From Acaryochloris marina MBIC11017 (GTDB taxonomy: Bacteria > Cyanobacteriota > Cyanobacteriia > Thermosynechococcales > Thermosynechococcaceae): DNA of 32,000 bases. The notes beneath the pieces are model-generated. The model was not told the origin of the DNA. It was given only the letters and a program-made list of their open reading frames with translations, and searched no databases. The DNA is taken from positions 90,001-122,000 of the forward strand of contig NC_009925.1 of the NCBI RefSeq assembly GCF_000018105.1. Reading direction: 5' to 3'. The stretch's first letter is position 1. Every line of letters starts with the position of its first letter. A program made the translations under genes and the position numbers. Positions 30,126 through 32,000 of this stretch are shown piece by piece.

Positions 30126-30743
30126 ATGTCAGGCCACGAAGTTAATATCACCTTGTACCGATGGGCGGGAGCATGGGGCCCTTTTAAGGTCAAAATTCCT
30201 TGTGGTGAATGTACCCTGACCAAAGATGTCATTCTAGACACCTTGGAGAATGAGTTAGCGGGCATTCCCGTCATACTCGAAATTCGCGAGTGGCTCACAG
30301 AATGGTGGAAGCCCTTACTCAAAGGGGGATGGCATGCTCCGATTGTGATGGTCAATGGCAAAGTGATTAGCCAAGGTCATGCACTGAATCGAGGACTACT
30401 GACAGAAGCCGTTACAGCCGCTTACGCATCCAAAGCCCCCATCCAAAGAAGCCATTTATTTGGGAAAGAAAGCTGTCCTCACTGCAAACGCGCCAAAGCC
30501 TATTTAGACCAAGTAGGTATTCAGTACACCTACCACGATGTGGTTCGCAGCCCTCGCGCACTCTACGAAATGTTGGCCCGAGTAAAGCCCCTCGTTGGCC
30601 CCAAAACCCCTATCACTGTTCCCCAAATTTGGTTGGGAGGACAATATATCGGGGGAGCGGATCGACTAGAGCAGGTCATGCAAGAGCAAGGATTATTCCG
30701 GCCTGAGTTCAACACTGTGAAGACTACTCTTCAACCTAGATAA
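30126..30743 (+). CDS. two-domain thioredoxin-fold protein: N-terminal CGEC domain plus C-terminal glutaredoxin (CPHC) domain
   Basis: The C-terminal half, LFGKESCPHCKRAKAYLDQVGIQYTYHDV...TVPQIWLGGQYIGGADRLE, is a classical glutaredoxin. The N-terminal half carries IPCGECTL and a conserved REWLTEWWKP block. Confidence 0.75.
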   Translation: MSGHEVNITLYRWAGAWGPFKVKIPCGECTLTKDVILDTLENELAGIPVILEIREWLTEWWKPLLKGGWHAPIVMVNGKVISQGHALNRGLLTEAVTAAYASKAPIQRSHLFGKESCPHCKRAKAYLDQVGIQYTYHDVVRSPRALYEMLARVKPLVGPKTPITVPQIWLGGQYIGGADRLEQVMQEQGLFRPEFNTVKTTLQPR

Positions 30744-30877
30744 GAAAAAGGTTGGGCGTACTAACTTCCAGTTAATAACAACAGGCTAGAGTAGAGACAT
30801 TGCCGTAAGCGGAAACGTTGAGTCCTGTTAAGCTAATACACGAACAACGAGAATAGGATTGATCCATTCTTGAGTAG

Positions 30878-31663
30878 ATGAATTCTCTCGTTTCTTTATC
30901 CATGCCAACGATTACAAAAGCTTTTATTCAAGAGCTAGGGAATGGAAAACTAGAAACAGAAGAGCAACTTGTGGCAGAAGCCTTAACTCAGAAAGGAATA
31001 CCGTTTTCCTTCTTTACAGCCAAGCGTATTCGTCGCCGACAGCTCCCTCTGGATGAACATTCACTGGTCGTTGGCAACATCCCTTGTATTTTGGGGGCGT
31101 TGAAGCAACTGAACATTCCTACGCCAGCGCTGAATGACTATCCAGTTTGCCTACAAAGCTTCTTACATCGGCAGATTTGGCAATCCACCCTTTCTGAATT
31201 AGCCACAAGATTAGAGAGAGGGGACTATCCAGCCATCTTCGCCAAACCTTGTTCTCGTCGAAAGCAATTTACGGGGGCCATTTTTCAATCTGAGGTAGAT
31301 TTAGCCCAGGTTTCGGGGATATCTAAGCATGAAAACTTGATTTGCTCCGAAGTCGTCCACTGGCGCAGTGAATATCGTGTTTATGTTGTTCGGTCTCAAA
31401 TTAGGGGGATTCACCACTATGAGGGCGATCCACTTGAACCAATAGATCGAGACGCTGTTGAAGAAGCGATCCGTATCCTTAACGAATCGGGTGAGGCTTA
31501 TGCAGGTTATGCGATTGATTTTGGTGTTCTCGATTCTGGAAAAACTGCTTTGATTGAAATGAATGATGGATTTGCCGTTGGTGCCTATGGGGTGAGTGCC
31601 CAAGATTACACCGATATGGTTTGGTCGAGATGGGAAGAACTGCTTAGCCAGATGGCAACCTAG
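30878..31663 (+). CDS. ATP-grasp domain protein (RimK-related, stand-alone)
   Basis: IFAKPCSRRKQFTGAIF, EVVHWRSEYRVYVV...IRGIHHYEGDP and YAIDFGVLDSGKTALIEMNDGFAVGAYG resemble small ATP-grasp (R2K-type) proteins. Confidence 0.6.
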   Translation: MNSLVSLSMPTITKAFIQELGNGKLETEEQLVAEALTQKGIPFSFFTAKRIRRRQLPLDEHSLVVGNIPCILGALKQLNIPTPALNDYPVCLQSFLHRQIWQSTLSELATRLERGDYPAIFAKPCSRRKQFTGAIFQSEVDLAQVSGISKHENLICSEVVHWRSEYRVYVVRSQIRGIHHYEGDPLEPIDRDAVEEAIRILNESGEAYAGYAIDFGVLDSGKTALIEMNDGFAVGAYGVSAQDYTDMVWSRWEELLSQMAT

Positions 31664-31693
31664 CTGACATATAGAGAAGGCTTTACTTCAGCT

Positions 31694-32000
31694 CTATTCC
31701 GCATGGGTTTCTTTGGTCTGTTCGCGAATCACTTCGCTCCAGTTATCATCTTTGATCGCCGACTCCAAATTTTGACGCCGTTCTGCCTCGCTCTGAGGCT
31801 GGGCACTACCAGCTACGCCTAAAGCCATGGCCTTCTGCAACTTCACCTTCTTCTCTTCATAGGCTTGCCGCTCTTGAGCAGACATGGCTTGAATCGCTGC
31901 ATCTTTAACTGTTCCAGCCCATTTTCCATCCCCGGTATTTCCAGGGGGAAGACTGGGGAAAGCTGCTATCCATTCATCCCTTAACTGCTCCATTTCAGCG
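31694..32000 (-). CDS. hypothetical protein, possibly 5'-truncated by the window edge
   Basis: The minus frame stays open to nt 32000, upstream of the ATG at 31993. The product is charged and low-complexity (..QERQAYEEKKVKLQKAMALGV..). I recognise no family. Confidence 0.4.
   Translation of the reverse strand, partial: AEMEQLRDEWIAAFPSLPPGNTGDGKWAGTVKDAAIQAMSAQERQAYEEKKVKLQKAMALGVAGSAQPQSEAERRQNLESAIKDDNWSEVIREQTKETHAE

Overview
This looks like a cyanobacterial chromosomal window. It holds six copies of the HIP1 palindrome GCGATCGC and typical cyanobacterial genes. I see four zones.
(1) 1-8.6 kb is ordinary metabolism: a 5'-truncated phosphohexomutase, a stand-alone SecD-P1-like exported protein, a membrane-anchored alpha/beta hydrolase, an FAD oxidoreductase, a PNPOx-like flavoprotein, a glycogen debranching enzyme and a periplasmic alpha-carbonic anhydrase.
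(2) 8.75-16.0 kb is an insertion-sequence pile-up. A decayed IS630 element is split by an intact ISL3 element with an 8-bp target duplication. Next come a decayed IS4/IS701-like element, a roughly 1.25 kb strongly AT-rich island with one orphan secreted ORF and striking hairpins, and an IS5 transposase fragment. Last is an IS200-type tnpA pseudogene split by an intact IS256 element flanked by the direct repeat CTTTTGC.
(3) 16.1-26.4 kb carries four same-strand genes: a signal-peptide LRR-TPR-CHAT protease, a small secreted HTHG-motif protein, a 1743-aa inverse autotransporter whose passenger is a T/N/G-rich beta-helix repeat array with near-identical 87/90-bp tandem repeats, and, 27 nt downstream, a cytoplasmic TIGR03032-family protein of unknown function.
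(4) 26.4-32 kb is housekeeping: a DUF4330-like protein, a small conserved ORF, coaBC, tRNA-Arg(ACG), moaC, a two-CxxC glutaredoxin preceded by a decayed duplicate of its own N-terminal domain, an ATP-grasp protein and a partial ORF.
I found no CRISPR array, rRNA or recognisable cas/defence operon. I cannot demonstrate a new system from sequence alone. The best candidates are the exported CHAT / inverse autotransporter / TIGR03032 block and the AT-rich island. All family names are from my own motif recognition, not from searches.
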